DNA of 64,000 bases from a virus (Duplodnaviria > Caudoviricetes): positions 113,133-177,132 of the IMG/VR virus record IMGVR_UViG_3300013121_000023. One strand, 5' to 3'. Shown piece after piece: positions 1 through 10,696 of this stretch (positions within the stretch are counted from its first letter, which is position 1; every line of letters starts with the position of its first letter). The notes below the pieces were generated by a model. That model had not been told where the DNA came from, did no database searches, and saw only the letters and a program-made list of their open reading frames with translations. A program made the position numbers and the translations under genes.

Positions 1-1
1 A

Positions 2-250
2 GCACACGCACTCACCCAGTACATTCTACGTAACTTGCAAGAAGCCCAACAATGGGAAAAGGACTCAAACGTCCTTGTGTTTCTGCGGGTGCCCGACGAG
101 CAAGCCCTTATTTCTACAGCTGACAAGCTGAAGATTAATGGCGTTCCGGTGGAGGTGTTTACTGAGCCCGATTTGGGTAATAGGGCTACAGCACTGGCTG
201 CGTCACCGTCAGCAGCCAAGCACCTCAAAAGATACCCACTGATGAAGTTA
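2..250 (+). CDS. Peptidyl-tRNA hydrolase (PTH2-like), 5'-truncated
   Basis: Frame +2 reads AHALTQY...LVFLRV...FTEPDLGNRATALA, resembling phage PTH2-like proteins. TTA at 248-250 precedes a terminator; standard-code end is 346. Confidence 0.65.
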
Positions 251-252
251 CG

Positions 253-285
253 AAAGCGGGCCTCGGCCCGCTTTCTTTTTAACTA
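253..285 (+). terminator. Intrinsic terminator
   Basis: aaagcgggc-ctcg-gcccgcttt followed by a T-run. Confidence 0.75.
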
Positions 286-355
286 CCAAACATTATTCAT
301 TTACAGACATAAGATGTGTGAGAAAAAGACGTATTCTCAAATATAGGAGAAATCT

Positions 356-1090
356 ATGCGCGCTCTTCCGATGATTGAAGCTGCTCCACATAAAGGCCAA
401 CTCTACTGTTCAGTGCGGTATGCAAAAAATTACGTAGCTGATAAAAAGGATTTCTTTATGCGTCTATTTAGCAAGCTCGGTACGCATACATGCGCGCCAG
501 CAGCACACTGCTACACAGGAGATCCAGTAACCATATCTTCCATGTATTACGCATGCCCATTTTTGACGCATATCAAACCCACTTACCACAGATTGTCTTA
601 TCGGTGCGACCTGTTTGAAGATAAACTATCCACAGTTATCCCCAACAATACGGGAATACCGTTTCACATATACGACTTTGAAATGCTTATGAATAGTCTG
701 CAACGTGAAAATCAGATTGCTGTAGGTACTGCCATACAACTTCAAATTGGTCGTTTGTGGCAATGTCGTCAGCTACAAGAAGATTTGACTATGCATGGAC
801 GTTATCTCGGAGAAAGCAGAGATGGTCGCTCATCAGATGGGAATCATACGTCTGGTCTAAATATGATTCCATTTATAATACGTACCGATGGCGGTCAGTC
901 GTCTGACAAGATTTCACTCAATGCGAAAAAGGAGGTGTTCTTGAAAACGCTACTTAATCCATCACCACCAGTGACACAGATATACCCAATGTCGGCAGCA
1001 CTTGATGAACTGCATACAGCCGACGAGATGAAAACAGCGAGGAGTCGTTATGAAGAGATATTGAAAGAGTTGCCGAAAGTGGATGAATTA
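356..1090 (+). CDS. Hypothetical protein, paralog of 6088..6810
   Basis: GGAG RBS; shares CPFL..YRC.LF..RL..CRQLQEDL..HG. First TTA at 1088 (standard end 1210). Confidence 0.7.
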
Positions 1091-1160
1091 TCGTTGAAGA
1101 CAACTTTTACTCTGTGCTTCTGTAACGTAAGCGCTGTCTCGTTTTTAGAAAGGTGTGAAC

Positions 1161-2294
1161 ATGTCGTATTTCTTCACAAAAGACGATCTCTCGGTATCAT
1201 ACGGAACTAATCTGTATAACTGTTTGTACGATAATGACTTTTGGTCCAGCCTGTTGTCCAGAGTCTCGCTCAGACTAGGAATGTCTGCTTACGTAGGAAA
1301 TGTTGGCGACGCTAGATCTAAAATATCGAAAGATAACTTCGATAAGCTAGTGTCTATTCTTAAAGAGAGTTGTTTTACTAAAGTCTACTCAAGAGGTGAT
1401 TATCCGTCTTGTGAAGAGGTATATCTATCCGTAGCTGGATACGTGATTGTAGACGTATTCCAGGATAACCATACATTCATATATGTAGGAATGTTCGATA
1501 GGGAGTCTGTTAGTAAGCTTAAATCCAAAATAGAGCATCTTGTAGAAAAAGTACCTGAAAATAAAGTTGATAACATACCGCGGGTACACGTCGTAGTTCA
1601 AACATCTAGCGGCCTAGACACTAGGGAATTTAATAGTGTCTATTGCAAGCTAGTTCGGGATAACTATGACGCGCGCGTTCTTTCGCAGTGGGACAACGTT
1701 ATTTCTGAGTTCAAGAAATCCGAGCCTGTGGCTAGAATGGCCATACTGAATGGCCCGCCAGGCACCGGTAAAACACATCTTATAAAGTCCATGCTGTTTG
1801 AAGATGGATTGTTTTGCCTTCTTCTGCCAAATGATTTGTTTGTAAACGTGGCCTCACCGGCCTTCCTCAACTTCTTGATAAATACAGCAGGGAGAATTTC
1901 ACAGAAGTTGGTTCTTATACTTGAGGACGCCGATAGTCTATTGGAGGAGAGGTCCAACAAAGACGACGTTAATCCATTGGCGACGCTGCTCAATATGGCA
2001 GACGGAATATTGGGTAGAATATTGGATGTTCGTATGATTTTGACTACGAATAGAAAAGATCAAACGTATGACGCCGCTACCCTGAGAGCTGGTAGGCTTC
2101 TTCACAACATAAACGTAGATAAGTTGGAAAAGAATGGTGTACTCAAAGCCTTTAGAAACATACTGGCTGACAATGGGATGTCTGAGAATGACATTCATTG
2201 CGAACTAGAAAAATTCGCGGCGGATCGCATGTCCATTGCCGATGTATATGCGATGGCGTTTGATGTGCTCAACAAGAGAAGAGAAGCAAAATGA
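1161..2294 (+). CDS. AAA+ ATPase
   Basis: Walker A GPPGTGKT, Walker B LILEDAD, LLNMADG, TTN, RAGR. Confidence 0.9.
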   Translation: MSYFFTKDDLSVSYGTNLYNCLYDNDFWSSLLSRVSLRLGMSAYVGNVGDARSKISKDNFDKLVSILKESCFTKVYSRGDYPSCEEVYLSVAGYVIVDVFQDNHTFIYVGMFDRESVSKLKSKIEHLVEKVPENKVDNIPRVHVVVQTSSGLDTREFNSVYCKLVRDNYDARVLSQWDNVISEFKKSEPVARMAILNGPPGTGKTHLIKSMLFEDGLFCLLLPNDLFVNVASPAFLNFLINTAGRISQKLVLILEDADSLLEERSNKDDVNPLATLLNMADGILGRILDVRMILTTNRKDQTYDAATLRAGRLLHNINVDKLEKNGVLKAFRNILADNGMSENDIHCELEKFAADRMSIADVYAMAFDVLNKRREAK

Positions 2295-3373
2295 TAGATC
2301 TAGGACCGATCAAAAACTACCTGTCTTTGGTTTGTACGGCAGACGATGCCGGTATCACATACGACAAACTATTGAATGCGCTAACAATATCGCAAATGTT
2401 GTCGTATAAAGAGAGCTACGTAAGAGTACTGCGCTTGTCAAAGGACATGCTTTCACCTGACGGTAACAGGGTAATAAGTAAAAGAAACCTAGTAAAGTTG
2501 GAGAAGCAACTGTCTGCAAAGTTCTATCTAATGCAGCATGCAGGTAATAGAAAGTATTACGTATCCAAGGATGGGTGCGGTTTTCTGATGGTAGATGCTG
2601 GCGAGTACTTGTCTATAGTGGGGGCCGAACTGTGGTTCAGTAATCTACCAGGTGGGTCAGGTACTGATGCAATTAAAAGCGCGCTAAGCCTCAGTAGATT
2701 GGAGGCAAGACCTACTGCGTGCGTCCACATGCTAGTAGCGCAGGGCGGTATTTTGACAGCCCGCCCAGTGTTCATAAAGGAAAGCAAGTTTGTAGTCTCT
2801 AACTACTCTTCAACGGTTAGGAACAAATGGGCGCACGCCGTATCAGCTATGTGTAGCGCTGAGCCACCAGCTAGACTGACTATACTGAATGGTCCGCCAG
2901 GAACTGGCAAGACACACTTGATAAAATCACTTCTGAGTAATAAGGATGTCAGTTGTTTGTTCATACCTAATGGTTTGTTTCCTAAGTTGGCCGATCCATC
3001 ATTCATAGGTGCAGTCACGGACTTCTGCCGATCTACCGATCTACCTGTGCTTATTATGGAAGATGCCGATGATGTATTGAGTTCCAGAGAAGAGGCAGGG
3101 ACAGTGAACCCGTTGGCTACACTGCTTAATATGACAGATGGAATACTTGGTGTGATGCTGAACATTCGTGTGATTTTGACCACGAACAGAAAGGACCAAT
3201 CTCTGGACAAAGCTTTGATCAGAGAGGGTCGTCTTCTAGAGCACATAGAGGTGGGGTATCTTTCTCCGAGCGAGGCTGTAGAGTGCGCCAAAGGGCTTGG
3301 CGCTTCTATAAAGAAGCCTTCAAACAGTATGCCTTTGTGTGATGTGTATGCTGCGATTAAGCAAAAGATTTAG
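2291..3373 (+). CDS. AAA+ ATPase, tandem paralog
   Basis: GPPGTGKT, LIMEDAD, LLNMTDG, TTNRKDQ, REGR. Confidence 0.9.
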   Translation: MIDLGPIKNYLSLVCTADDAGITYDKLLNALTISQMLSYKESYVRVLRLSKDMLSPDGNRVISKRNLVKLEKQLSAKFYLMQHAGNRKYYVSKDGCGFLMVDAGEYLSIVGAELWFSNLPGGSGTDAIKSALSLSRLEARPTACVHMLVAQGGILTARPVFIKESKFVVSNYSSTVRNKWAHAVSAMCSAEPPARLTILNGPPGTGKTHLIKSLLSNKDVSCLFIPNGLFPKLADPSFIGAVTDFCRSTDLPVLIMEDADDVLSSREEAGTVNPLATLLNMTDGILGVMLNIRVILTTNRKDQSLDKALIREGRLLEHIEVGYLSPSEAVECAKGLGASIKKPSNSMPLCDVYAAIKQKI

Positions 3374-3394
3374 GGTTTAAGTCATAAGAATTAT

Positions 3395-3905
3395 GAGATG
3401 TTTAATTAGAGACCCCTCCAAAGAGGGTCTGCCTACAAACCCGGGCAGATGAAAACATAAAAGTGGGTTCTCAGTTAATGCGACATTAACTGAGTGTCTT
3501 GAAACCAAGTCCATAGTATGGACTCTGGGATGTGCCCAGCACATATACCCAGCACATATCGCGGCTAGCGCCCCGCGATTGGCTTGCGGCAAGGCAAGGT
3601 GTCAGTCACTCAAGGTAAGGTGTCGTTGCTACACGCCACCGAGTGACGACGTATAGGGTTTCAGTGTGAATCCCAGTGGGGGATAGCACGAAGTAGCATT
3701 TACAGCCCTATATTTCAAGCCTCCGCAATGTCATAGAAAGCAAGCATACAGCTAGAACGTTCATTCGCGAAGCTCGCTTTTCTTGTTCGGCGAGTTAGCA
3801 CAGAACGATGCTGTGTGTTTGAGCCGTAGCGCAGCGGCGTAGGATATATTTTATCTGTGTGTGTGTGTGTGGGCTGCCGGAATAACCGGCAGCCTTTTTT
3901 TAGTA
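3395..3905 (+). ncRNA. Putative structured ncRNA of about 500 nt
   Basis: No credible gene; dense hairpins; promoter motif at 3380-3388 and terminator at 3872-3905. Confidence 0.55.
3872..3905 (+). terminator. Intrinsic terminator
   Basis: ggctgccgg-aataa-ccggcagcc followed by TTTTTTTAGTA. Confidence 0.8.
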
Positions 3906-3919
3906 CCGATGGAGAAGCC

Positions 3920-4918
3920 ATGAAGATGAATATTTTGGGCCAGGAACGTTGTCTGTATAACGTACCCTATCACATAGGGTTCAACACTATAAAATTTGTA
4001 AGGTCTTTGTACGCATGGCTCAGTGATTACGATCGTAAGCTAACGTGGATGACCGTAAGTTCACCGCGTCAATCAGCAGAATATTATCACTCCGTAGCTT
4101 TGGACAATGGTTATAAAGAAATATGGATGGCAGAGACGGGACTTACACGTTACGAACTAACTGCTCTTTTGCAATGGATGAGCATACTTCAGCGCGTAGT
4201 ATTTGAAAAAATATCTCATTTTCCAGCTAGGGCGCTTTTCAGAAGGAATGAAGGTAAATTGGAGGTTCACCCAGCAGCTATAGTAGGCGACTTCAATAAG
4301 GTATCTAAGTTTTCTCCAACCTATCGTAATTACGTTTCTATTGGAGTTGATACCCCATATGAAATTATTGATATCTACGGCATACATGCACTTGTCGATA
4401 ATTCTGATGAAGATAAACCATTTCACATGTTCCCTGTGGGAGCTAATGAATCCATTGCAAGTATATTCAGGTCTAACGATCAGTTTAAATTGACTGTCAC
4501 TAGTAAGACTGAACTCATTAGCGGTATATACGAATCTGAAGCGGCTGCTAATCGTAATAAGATACACGCTGAAGGAAATAGAATTGCCAAGGCTTGCGTA
4601 GAAGATAAAGTGGCGATCAAAACAGATATTCTCATTGCTAGCCTAGAAACCTGTTTCATGTCTTTTTCGTGTATGGAGAGAGCAATAGCCGCCGTACTGT
4701 CTGACCCGGGGTATGAACAGCACAAGTCATCAGTTATAAACGTCATCCAAACAATCATATCTTGCTACATGGGACATATGTATTGGAGAGAGCAGTTTGA
4801 TTTCTACATGGCCAGTAAATACGCTGTGCCGCAGATGTACTCTATAGATATGTCTTATGGTGATTTTGACTTGGGTAAGCTTATAGATTATTGGAGGCCC
4901 TACATCGGTACGAAGTAG
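3920..4918 (+). CDS. Hypothetical protein
   Basis: GGAG RBS, long ORF ending TAG TAA. Confidence 0.75.
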   Translation: MKMNILGQERCLYNVPYHIGFNTIKFVRSLYAWLSDYDRKLTWMTVSSPRQSAEYYHSVALDNGYKEIWMAETGLTRYELTALLQWMSILQRVVFEKISHFPARALFRRNEGKLEVHPAAIVGDFNKVSKFSPTYRNYVSIGVDTPYEIIDIYGIHALVDNSDEDKPFHMFPVGANESIASIFRSNDQFKLTVTSKTELISGIYESEAAANRNKIHAEGNRIAKACVEDKVAIKTDILIASLETCFMSFSCMERAIAAVLSDPGYEQHKSSVINVIQTIISCYMGHMYWREQFDFYMASKYAVPQMYSIDMSYGDFDLGKLIDYWRPYIGTK

Positions 4919-4926
4919 TAATCTTG

Positions 4927-4959
4927 AGAAGGTCCGCTTGGCGGACCTTCTTTTAGCTA
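4927..4959 (+). terminator. Terminator with TTTAGCTA tail
   Basis: agaaggtccgc-ttg-gcggaccttct-tttagcta. Confidence 0.8.
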
Positions 4960-5009
4960 TTAAAAAAAATGTCTATTACAGCAATAAGAGGATTGAAAGG
5001 AACGTGGCT

Positions 5010-5366
5010 ATGAGTAGTGAGCTAAGGGACTTGCAGAAGTACAGTAACGACATAGGTGATGTGTTTCTTACGATAGGAACGATCAATGAGGAAACAAGAG
5101 CATACATAAGAACACTGTGTGTTAAAAGCCACGAATCCAGTATTGTCAATACTACGGTCGGGTCTGTGTTCTTTGTCGGAGCTTGTTGTGTTTTGTTTAT
5201 AGGTAGGGTCACAGTTGAACTGTCGGCGGCAGTACCTATATTTGTACTATCATTTTACTTTTTTGTCCGTTCATACACAGAACGTAAGTTGGTTTGTAGG
5301 TATGAACTTATATTGTTTATGTCGTATCAACAAAAAGAGTTGGTTCGGAGGTTTAAGAATGTCTAA
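5010..5366 (+). CDS. Hypothetical membrane protein
   Basis: Two hydrophobic segments; AAGG RBS. Confidence 0.65.
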   Translation: MSSELRDLQKYSNDIGDVFLTIGTINEETRAYIRTLCVKSHESSIVNTTVGSVFFVGACCVLFIGRVTVELSAAVPIFVLSFYFFVRSYTERKLVCRYELILFMSYQQKELVRRFKNV

Positions 5367-5817
5367 GCGTGACTTGGAGCACAGAATTGCTGAAGAAACA
5401 AATATGTATCTTAAGGAGTTGTTGTATGATGATGCTAGAGGACTAAAATGTCTAGTAAAGAATGTTGTGGAGTGCATTATACAAAGGATTATCGATGAGA
5501 GTGTTTGCGCACAGCACTCAGCCAACACTGGTGTAATGATAACGGATATAAGTCATACGACCGCTAGAAAAATACTTGTCGATAAAGCCAACGTGCTGGC
5601 TGCTCATTTTGTGGACGCTGTTATAGATGCAAACTATAAGAAACTAACAGATAAAAAATACGTGGATGAAGCAAAAGAAATAGTATTTAGAGAATACAGT
5701 GATGCGCTTAATTATGAGTTGAAACACGCAGCCAGGGAACTGGCTAGGAAGCACGCAAGAGAAAAAGGGGAAAAGATCGTAAATAGTGTCATTAAAGGGT
5801 ATAAAGATGGAGAATAG
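5359..5817 (+). CDS. Hypothetical helical protein
   Basis: GGAGG RBS, coupled ORF. Confidence 0.7.
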   Translation: MSKRDLEHRIAEETNMYLKELLYDDARGLKCLVKNVVECIIQRIIDESVCAQHSANTGVMITDISHTTARKILVDKANVLAAHFVDAVIDANYKKLTDKKYVDEAKEIVFREYSDALNYELKHAARELARKHAREKGEKIVNSVIKGYKDGE

Positions 5818-6091
5818 TATATCTGAGTGGGTAAGTTTCTTGATGGACAACGATATATACGTACGTGAGCACGATGATAAATATAGCATACTTATTCCAT
5901 TCTATATAAGTAGCTACGGCCTCAGAACTCCGTTGGAAGCATCCATAAGCATCATAGATAGATTGGAGGAGAGTATCAGAAGTGCCCATCTTGGACACGA
6001 GGAAATTATAGATATACGCAGCAAAATAGTGCTTATACAAAAAGCTGCTATTTTGTTTTTGGGAACAGCTCCAGTAGGGGTGATTACATGA
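5807..6091 (+). CDS. Hypothetical protein
   Basis: Coupled ORF. Confidence 0.6.
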   Translation: MENSISEWVSFLMDNDIYVREHDDKYSILIPFYISSYGLRTPLEASISIIDRLEESIRSAHLGHEEIIDIRSKIVLIQKAAILFLGTAPVGVIT

Positions 6092-6810
6092 GATTGTTGA
6101 AAATAGTAGACTATGAGCCATATTTTTATTTGCGTACGGCAGAGGATTTCAATATCCAGATATACCTGCATAGAGGTACAAAACTGTTTACAAATCTCTT
6201 TGAAGTCCTACCTACATATACTTGCCACACAGCGAATCGTGAGATGCCCGCTAAATGGTACAGAAATTATGTGGCAGACCCCAACATTAAGTGCTGCCCG
6301 TTTTTGCACTATAATCGTGGTTACAAAACTCCGTATACCGCTTATAGGTGCAAACTATTTAGTAAGCACCTGCACGTATATGTTACATATGGCGGTATAG
6401 AAGTATGGCCAGGAGATTCAGCAGTATACGAGGTGGCTAGTACGGCTTCTTCCTCTATTACTGCTTGGTTCGGTCACGTAGCTAGATTGCCTGAATGTAG
6501 GCAGCTTCAGGAAGATTTGCTACTTCATGGAGAAGCGGTAGAAAGCTTCCAAAAGACGTACGCACATGTAAATACTAATATAGTTAACAAAGCTAAAATC
6601 GCTGGTCTGGTAAAGGAAAAACAACTATTTGAGAGAGATGCAGTTGATGCTGACAACAAGAGTACTGACGAAGTAGAACCAGATACCGATGAAGATTTTG
6701 TTAAGTGGCAATGTGCGTTCTGCAACGCATGGAATGTCACCGAAGTTCAAGACGACAAACGTTGTTACTTTTGCAAGTCTGAATTTTTGGTTGTTAACAA
6801 GGAGAAGTGA
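6088..6810 (+). CDS. Hypothetical protein with C-terminal Zn ribbon
   Basis: CAFC...CYFC; paralog of the 356 ORF. Confidence 0.7.
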   Translation: MRLLKIVDYEPYFYLRTAEDFNIQIYLHRGTKLFTNLFEVLPTYTCHTANREMPAKWYRNYVADPNIKCCPFLHYNRGYKTPYTAYRCKLFSKHLHVYVTYGGIEVWPGDSAVYEVASTASSSITAWFGHVARLPECRQLQEDLLLHGEAVESFQKTYAHVNTNIVNKAKIAGLVKEKQLFERDAVDADNKSTDEVEPDTDEDFVKWQCAFCNAWNVTEVQDDKRCYFCKSEFLVVNKEK

Positions 6811-6811
6811 C

Positions 6812-7426
6812 ATGCCCCACCTCAACCTTAAGGTTATAGAAGCAGATCTGTACGCTGCACCTAATAGTTATGCATCGGTGACGACAACAACATCGTTTCT
6901 CGATCTTGTGCTTGTGCGCTGCGAGCGACAAGACGTGCAATTTTATTTGCAGGTCTATACAACTCAAGGATGTGGGCTCGTTTGGTGCGGGCACCATAAA
7001 TTGATACCGCAAGGCCAGGGCAAGTCCGCAGTGAGGGATGGAATTGAAGTGACATTGATTCCGTTGGTACTCGCCGGGGCAGAGCTTTCTCTTTTTGTTG
7101 ACGCTGCCGTATTGATCCCAAAGTACGTACGTTTTGGCGTCACCGAACATATGTTGATGCTGCGGCATGAGTCACCGATTGTTCCATACAGCGTAGCTAA
7201 TGAACTAGTTGCAAAGTTTCTCGGCGGCTATAAACCGGAAGCGCTCATTTGCTGGCCCAATGATGACGTTGACAAGCTAGTTGGTGCTCTCGACATAGAT
7301 GTCAAGATACACGATATAGAGTCCACACAGCCAACGCCTGAAGAGTTGGCTGAGACCGAGAGGAAGCGAGCTGCCTTTAGGTCTAGACTTGAGACTGTTA
7401 TTGCCAAACGCGGTGGGCCCCGGTGA
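6812..7426 (+). CDS. Hypothetical protein
   Basis: AGGAG RBS. Confidence 0.7.
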   Translation: MPHLNLKVIEADLYAAPNSYASVTTTTSFLDLVLVRCERQDVQFYLQVYTTQGCGLVWCGHHKLIPQGQGKSAVRDGIEVTLIPLVLAGAELSLFVDAAVLIPKYVRFGVTEHMLMLRHESPIVPYSVANELVAKFLGGYKPEALICWPNDDVDKLVGALDIDVKIHDIESTQPTPEELAETERKRAAFRSRLETVIAKRGGPR

Positions 7427-7513
7427 CATATTTGTAATAGATAGTATTTGCGAAGAGAGGTTTATTCTCTCTTCTTTAGATATTCTGTAATAAGAGATTT
7501 GGAGGTAGGTACC

Positions 7514-8644
7514 ATGGGTTCTTTTGATTTCACCTGTGCTATTTCACGTATGCCGATTAGCTATGAGCAGCGAGCTATCTTGCTACTATTGGCAGGTAAT
7601 GAGAGTGTCAGTAACAAAGGTTGTTCACCTAATGACTGGTGGTTCCCTTGGTCATTTCCAGTGTGTGCTACGTATAAAGATTATGGCAGGTTTGTACCTG
7701 TGTCGTGCCATGACGTATGGGAGAAAGTTCTACAGAAATATGTTGTGGTGAAGGAAGTAGGAGAAAACGAGTATCACGATGTACCCACACACAGGAATAT
7801 GAAATTCGAAGATATAATAGAAGCATGTCTAGAAGATAGACTGGAAATAACAGATAATGCAGGCGTAGTTTACCAAAACGCGCTTGAACTAAACGATGAA
7901 GCCAGTACGTATATACCAACAGTAAATAAAATACGTCGCATCATAAGTGGTATAATGAAAAAAGACGCAAATGATTTCTTGATAAGAAGGATAGGTAGAG
8001 GCGTTATTAACGTAAGCACCCGCATAGGCTCAACCATAAAAGCTAATAAGTTCTTTTCCGCTATGTGTAAATTCATAAACAGTAGAGCGACCTTCACATC
8101 TATAGTGACACCTGGTAAATACGAAGTCACTCTAACTATTTACGCAAAGCCTGGTAACTTTCATATGAATCCCGACGAGTCTATGGCTGGTGAACCACCG
8201 ACCAAAATGCCAATGGCTTTCATGGCTATAAGAGGCGATGTTTGGGATTATCTGAGTTCTACTAACTATACTGGTTTGACGAAAAAGAAAATACAGGCAG
8301 ACATAACACGACTGAGAAAGTTCGTGGATTCGTATAAGAACGAGCCGGAAAGTATGAGATACCACCTGTGTAAACTTGATATGTCAATTGAGTCACGCAT
8401 ATTTATAGATGGTGTTCTTGGACCTATGAGGTGTGATAGGTCACCGCATCTGTTGGTGGGCAGTAGCGAGAAAGAAGAGTTCTGGCGACTGGTACGTGCT
8501 TTCGCTACGGCTATGCCGGCTATACACAGACTCAGACACATGCTCGTGCCGTCCACGTCAGTTGGGTGGCAGGTGGATTATGGGGAGGCGCACGTTCGCG
8601 CCTATAAAGCGTTTGCTCAGATGGCTGGAAAAGGGAACAAATTA
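7514..8644 (+). CDS. Hypothetical protein
   Basis: GGAGGT RBS; ends TTA TGA with TTATG overlap. Confidence 0.75.
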
Positions 8645-9213
8645 TGACCATGAGCGAAGATAATCTTTCGTGGATGTATGATGCTTGTAAAGAATATCTT
8701 TCAGTATTGAGGGACGAAGAGATAAATACACTCATATACATTACAGCTCCAAATAGGATGGTGACTGTAACAAAGGAAGCCATCAGTGAAAACAGGTTTC
8801 CGTCCATCGCGTCTATGCATAAACTGGGGCTACTGTATTTTAACGATTACGATAAGACCAGATATGAGGTGTGCACCACTCACGCTGGCTATCTACTGAC
8901 TACGTTTTTGGGAAAAACAGTTCCTTACATAGTTGAGACAGCGCGTGTAGGGCCCGATAAGATTCACATAGATGATGAGGTTAATCGAGGTTATATGCGC
9001 ATAATTTATAAAGCAGACATGTCAGATATGCTGTGCAAGTTCTTTGTGCTTTGGAAGGATATGTACGATAGAGACGTGTTTATCTCCATGATCAAGAACA
9101 ATAATGGTAATGAAGAAAAACCGTGTTCCATATTCGTATATTCCGCAGACGAGACAAAACTGAATGAGTACGTAATCGCCAAAATAAATGCATTTACTAG
9201 AGAGGTTAAATAA
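8644..9213 (+). CDS. Hypothetical protein
   Basis: Coupled ORF; weak similarity to 9716..10261. Confidence 0.65.
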   Translation: MTMSEDNLSWMYDACKEYLSVLRDEEINTLIYITAPNRMVTVTKEAISENRFPSIASMHKLGLLYFNDYDKTRYEVCTTHAGYLLTTFLGKTVPYIVETARVGPDKIHIDDEVNRGYMRIIYKADMSDMLCKFFVLWKDMYDRDVFISMIKNNNGNEEKPCSIFVYSADETKLNEYVIAKINAFTREVK

Positions 9214-9704
9214 TGAATCGTAGGTATATATACGTTACCGGTAGTCACGGTAACAAAGATGTGGATAGCGTAGTAATGGCACTACGCAAGGCAAACCATC
9301 GTGTGTACAGTCCGTGTGCGCGTAACAAGTCTATGGGCTTGAGGAACAAGGTTGCTACAGCACCTGGCAACGTATACGTGGACTGTTTGCAGTTGGAAGC
9401 CGACTTCGGCTTTAAGCGTGACGTTGGGGCGCTGCTAGCGGCTACGCTATTTGTACTAGTACTACCATCATGCCCTAATAGTGATGTAGACCTAGGTATG
9501 GCCGTTGGACTCAGAAAGCCGGCGTGCGTATACGTTCCACCAGAAGCTAAAAAGCTACGTATGGTGGAGTCGTATCTATCTGTTAACAAGTTCTCGTCTA
9601 ATATAGACGAGGTAGTTACGTGGTCCACTAACATATCGTTGTTGTTCCCCGATAGTGTTTTGAGCCCCAATGCGCTCATGGACTCGTTGAGCTGCTACGA
9701 ATAA
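9213..9704 (+). CDS. Nucleoside 2-deoxyribosyltransferase-like protein
   Basis: IYVTGS..LR..NH.VYSP..D..AL....LFVLVLP...S.VDLGMAVGL.KP pattern. Confidence 0.6.
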   Translation: MNRRYIYVTGSHGNKDVDSVVMALRKANHRVYSPCARNKSMGLRNKVATAPGNVYVDCLQLEADFGFKRDVGALLAATLFVLVLPSCPNSDVDLGMAVGLRKPACVYVPPEAKKLRMVESYLSVNKFSSNIDEVVTWSTNISLLFPDSVLSPNALMDSLSCYE

Positions 9705-9715
9705 GGAGAGCACGT

Positions 9716-10261
9716 ATGGAAGCCTACAGAATGATAAGCGAGGAAGACTTGAAATTCTTTCAATACGTATCTCACGAGGTTAGTGATGACAGTATATCAC
9801 TTCTTGTGTGGATTCATGGCATGTCACCAACATATAGAACAAACTCAGATGCCTTCTCTGCTACAATACTAATAGACCTTCTACAGTACGGACTTGCAAG
9901 AAAGAATGAGGGAAGAATAGAGACAACGCATCTAGGCCTTATAGTTGTGGGAGTACTCGTAACAGCCATATTCCCAGCATTTCCAGCTGACTACGTTGCT
10001 AATCTAAAAGGCAAGGAAGAGTCGGTAGAGGAGGCACTGCTTTCTGGCAGACTCGTAACTCCTAGTACACGATCTTGGCTTTTTGCCGATTTTATACGCA
10101 CGGTCATGCAAGCACACAAAATAGGTATGCGTCCAGTTTGGGAAGACGACAAAATGAAACTCGTTCCTATTAGTCATATTGATGGTCGTAATAGGAGTGA
10201 AACAATTATCAAGGAATACCTTTCAGACATTGTTGAAGAAATCTTGTTGGCGAATAAATAA
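9716..10261 (+). CDS. Hypothetical protein
   Basis: AGGAG RBS. Confidence 0.65.
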   Translation: MEAYRMISEEDLKFFQYVSHEVSDDSISLLVWIHGMSPTYRTNSDAFSATILIDLLQYGLARKNEGRIETTHLGLIVVGVLVTAIFPAFPADYVANLKGKEESVEEALLSGRLVTPSTRSWLFADFIRTVMQAHKIGMRPVWEDDKMKLVPISHIDGRNRSETIIKEYLSDIVEEILLANK

Positions 10262-10274
10262 GAAAGATTGTTTG

Positions 10275-10347
10275 TAGGACGCCCGGGACTTGAACCCGGA
10301 ACCTGCGGATTAAAAGTCCGCTGCTCTACCTATTGAGCTAGCGACCC
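10275..10347 (-). tRNA. tRNA-Lys(UUU)
   Basis: Cloverleaf; anticodon arm GCGGA CT TTT AA TCCGC. Confidence 0.9.
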
Positions 10348-10358
10348 GAAGGAGAACC

Positions 10359-10655
10359 ATGACAACAGCAGCGCGCATGAGGGATTTGGTGGGCGAATAT
10401 ACCAAAAAAGTCATTAGTGAAAATGAGGAACATATAAATGAAAACTTGCTACCGATATTCCTTAAAGACTTGTATTCTTGCATAGAATCAGCTGCATCTA
10501 AGGGACAGCGCACATACCAACATGCTATAAATCTTACAACCTTGAAGGTGCTGCATTTGGTTGTTCCACAATTGAGAGATCGAGGTTATTTGGTAGAGTA
10601 TATTACTAGTAGTACTACACAGCATCTTATGTACATGAACGTATCTTGGTCATTA
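10359..10655 (+). CDS. Hypothetical protein
   Basis: AAGGAG RBS; TTA at 10653 (standard end 10667). Confidence 0.65.
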
Positions 10656-10660
10656 CTTGG

Positions 10661-10696
10661 TAGCTAAAAAAGAAGAGAGCGAAAGCTCTCTTCTTT
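10661..10696 (-). terminator. Terminator between convergent genes, with TTTAGCTA tail
   Basis: aaagaagagagc-gaaa-gctctcttcttt next to TAGCTAAAAA. Confidence 0.8.

Noticed and set aside
3377-3921. Short minus-strand ORFs and the MCVCV extension
   Set aside because: No RBS, and they cross hairpins, the TG tract and a terminator.
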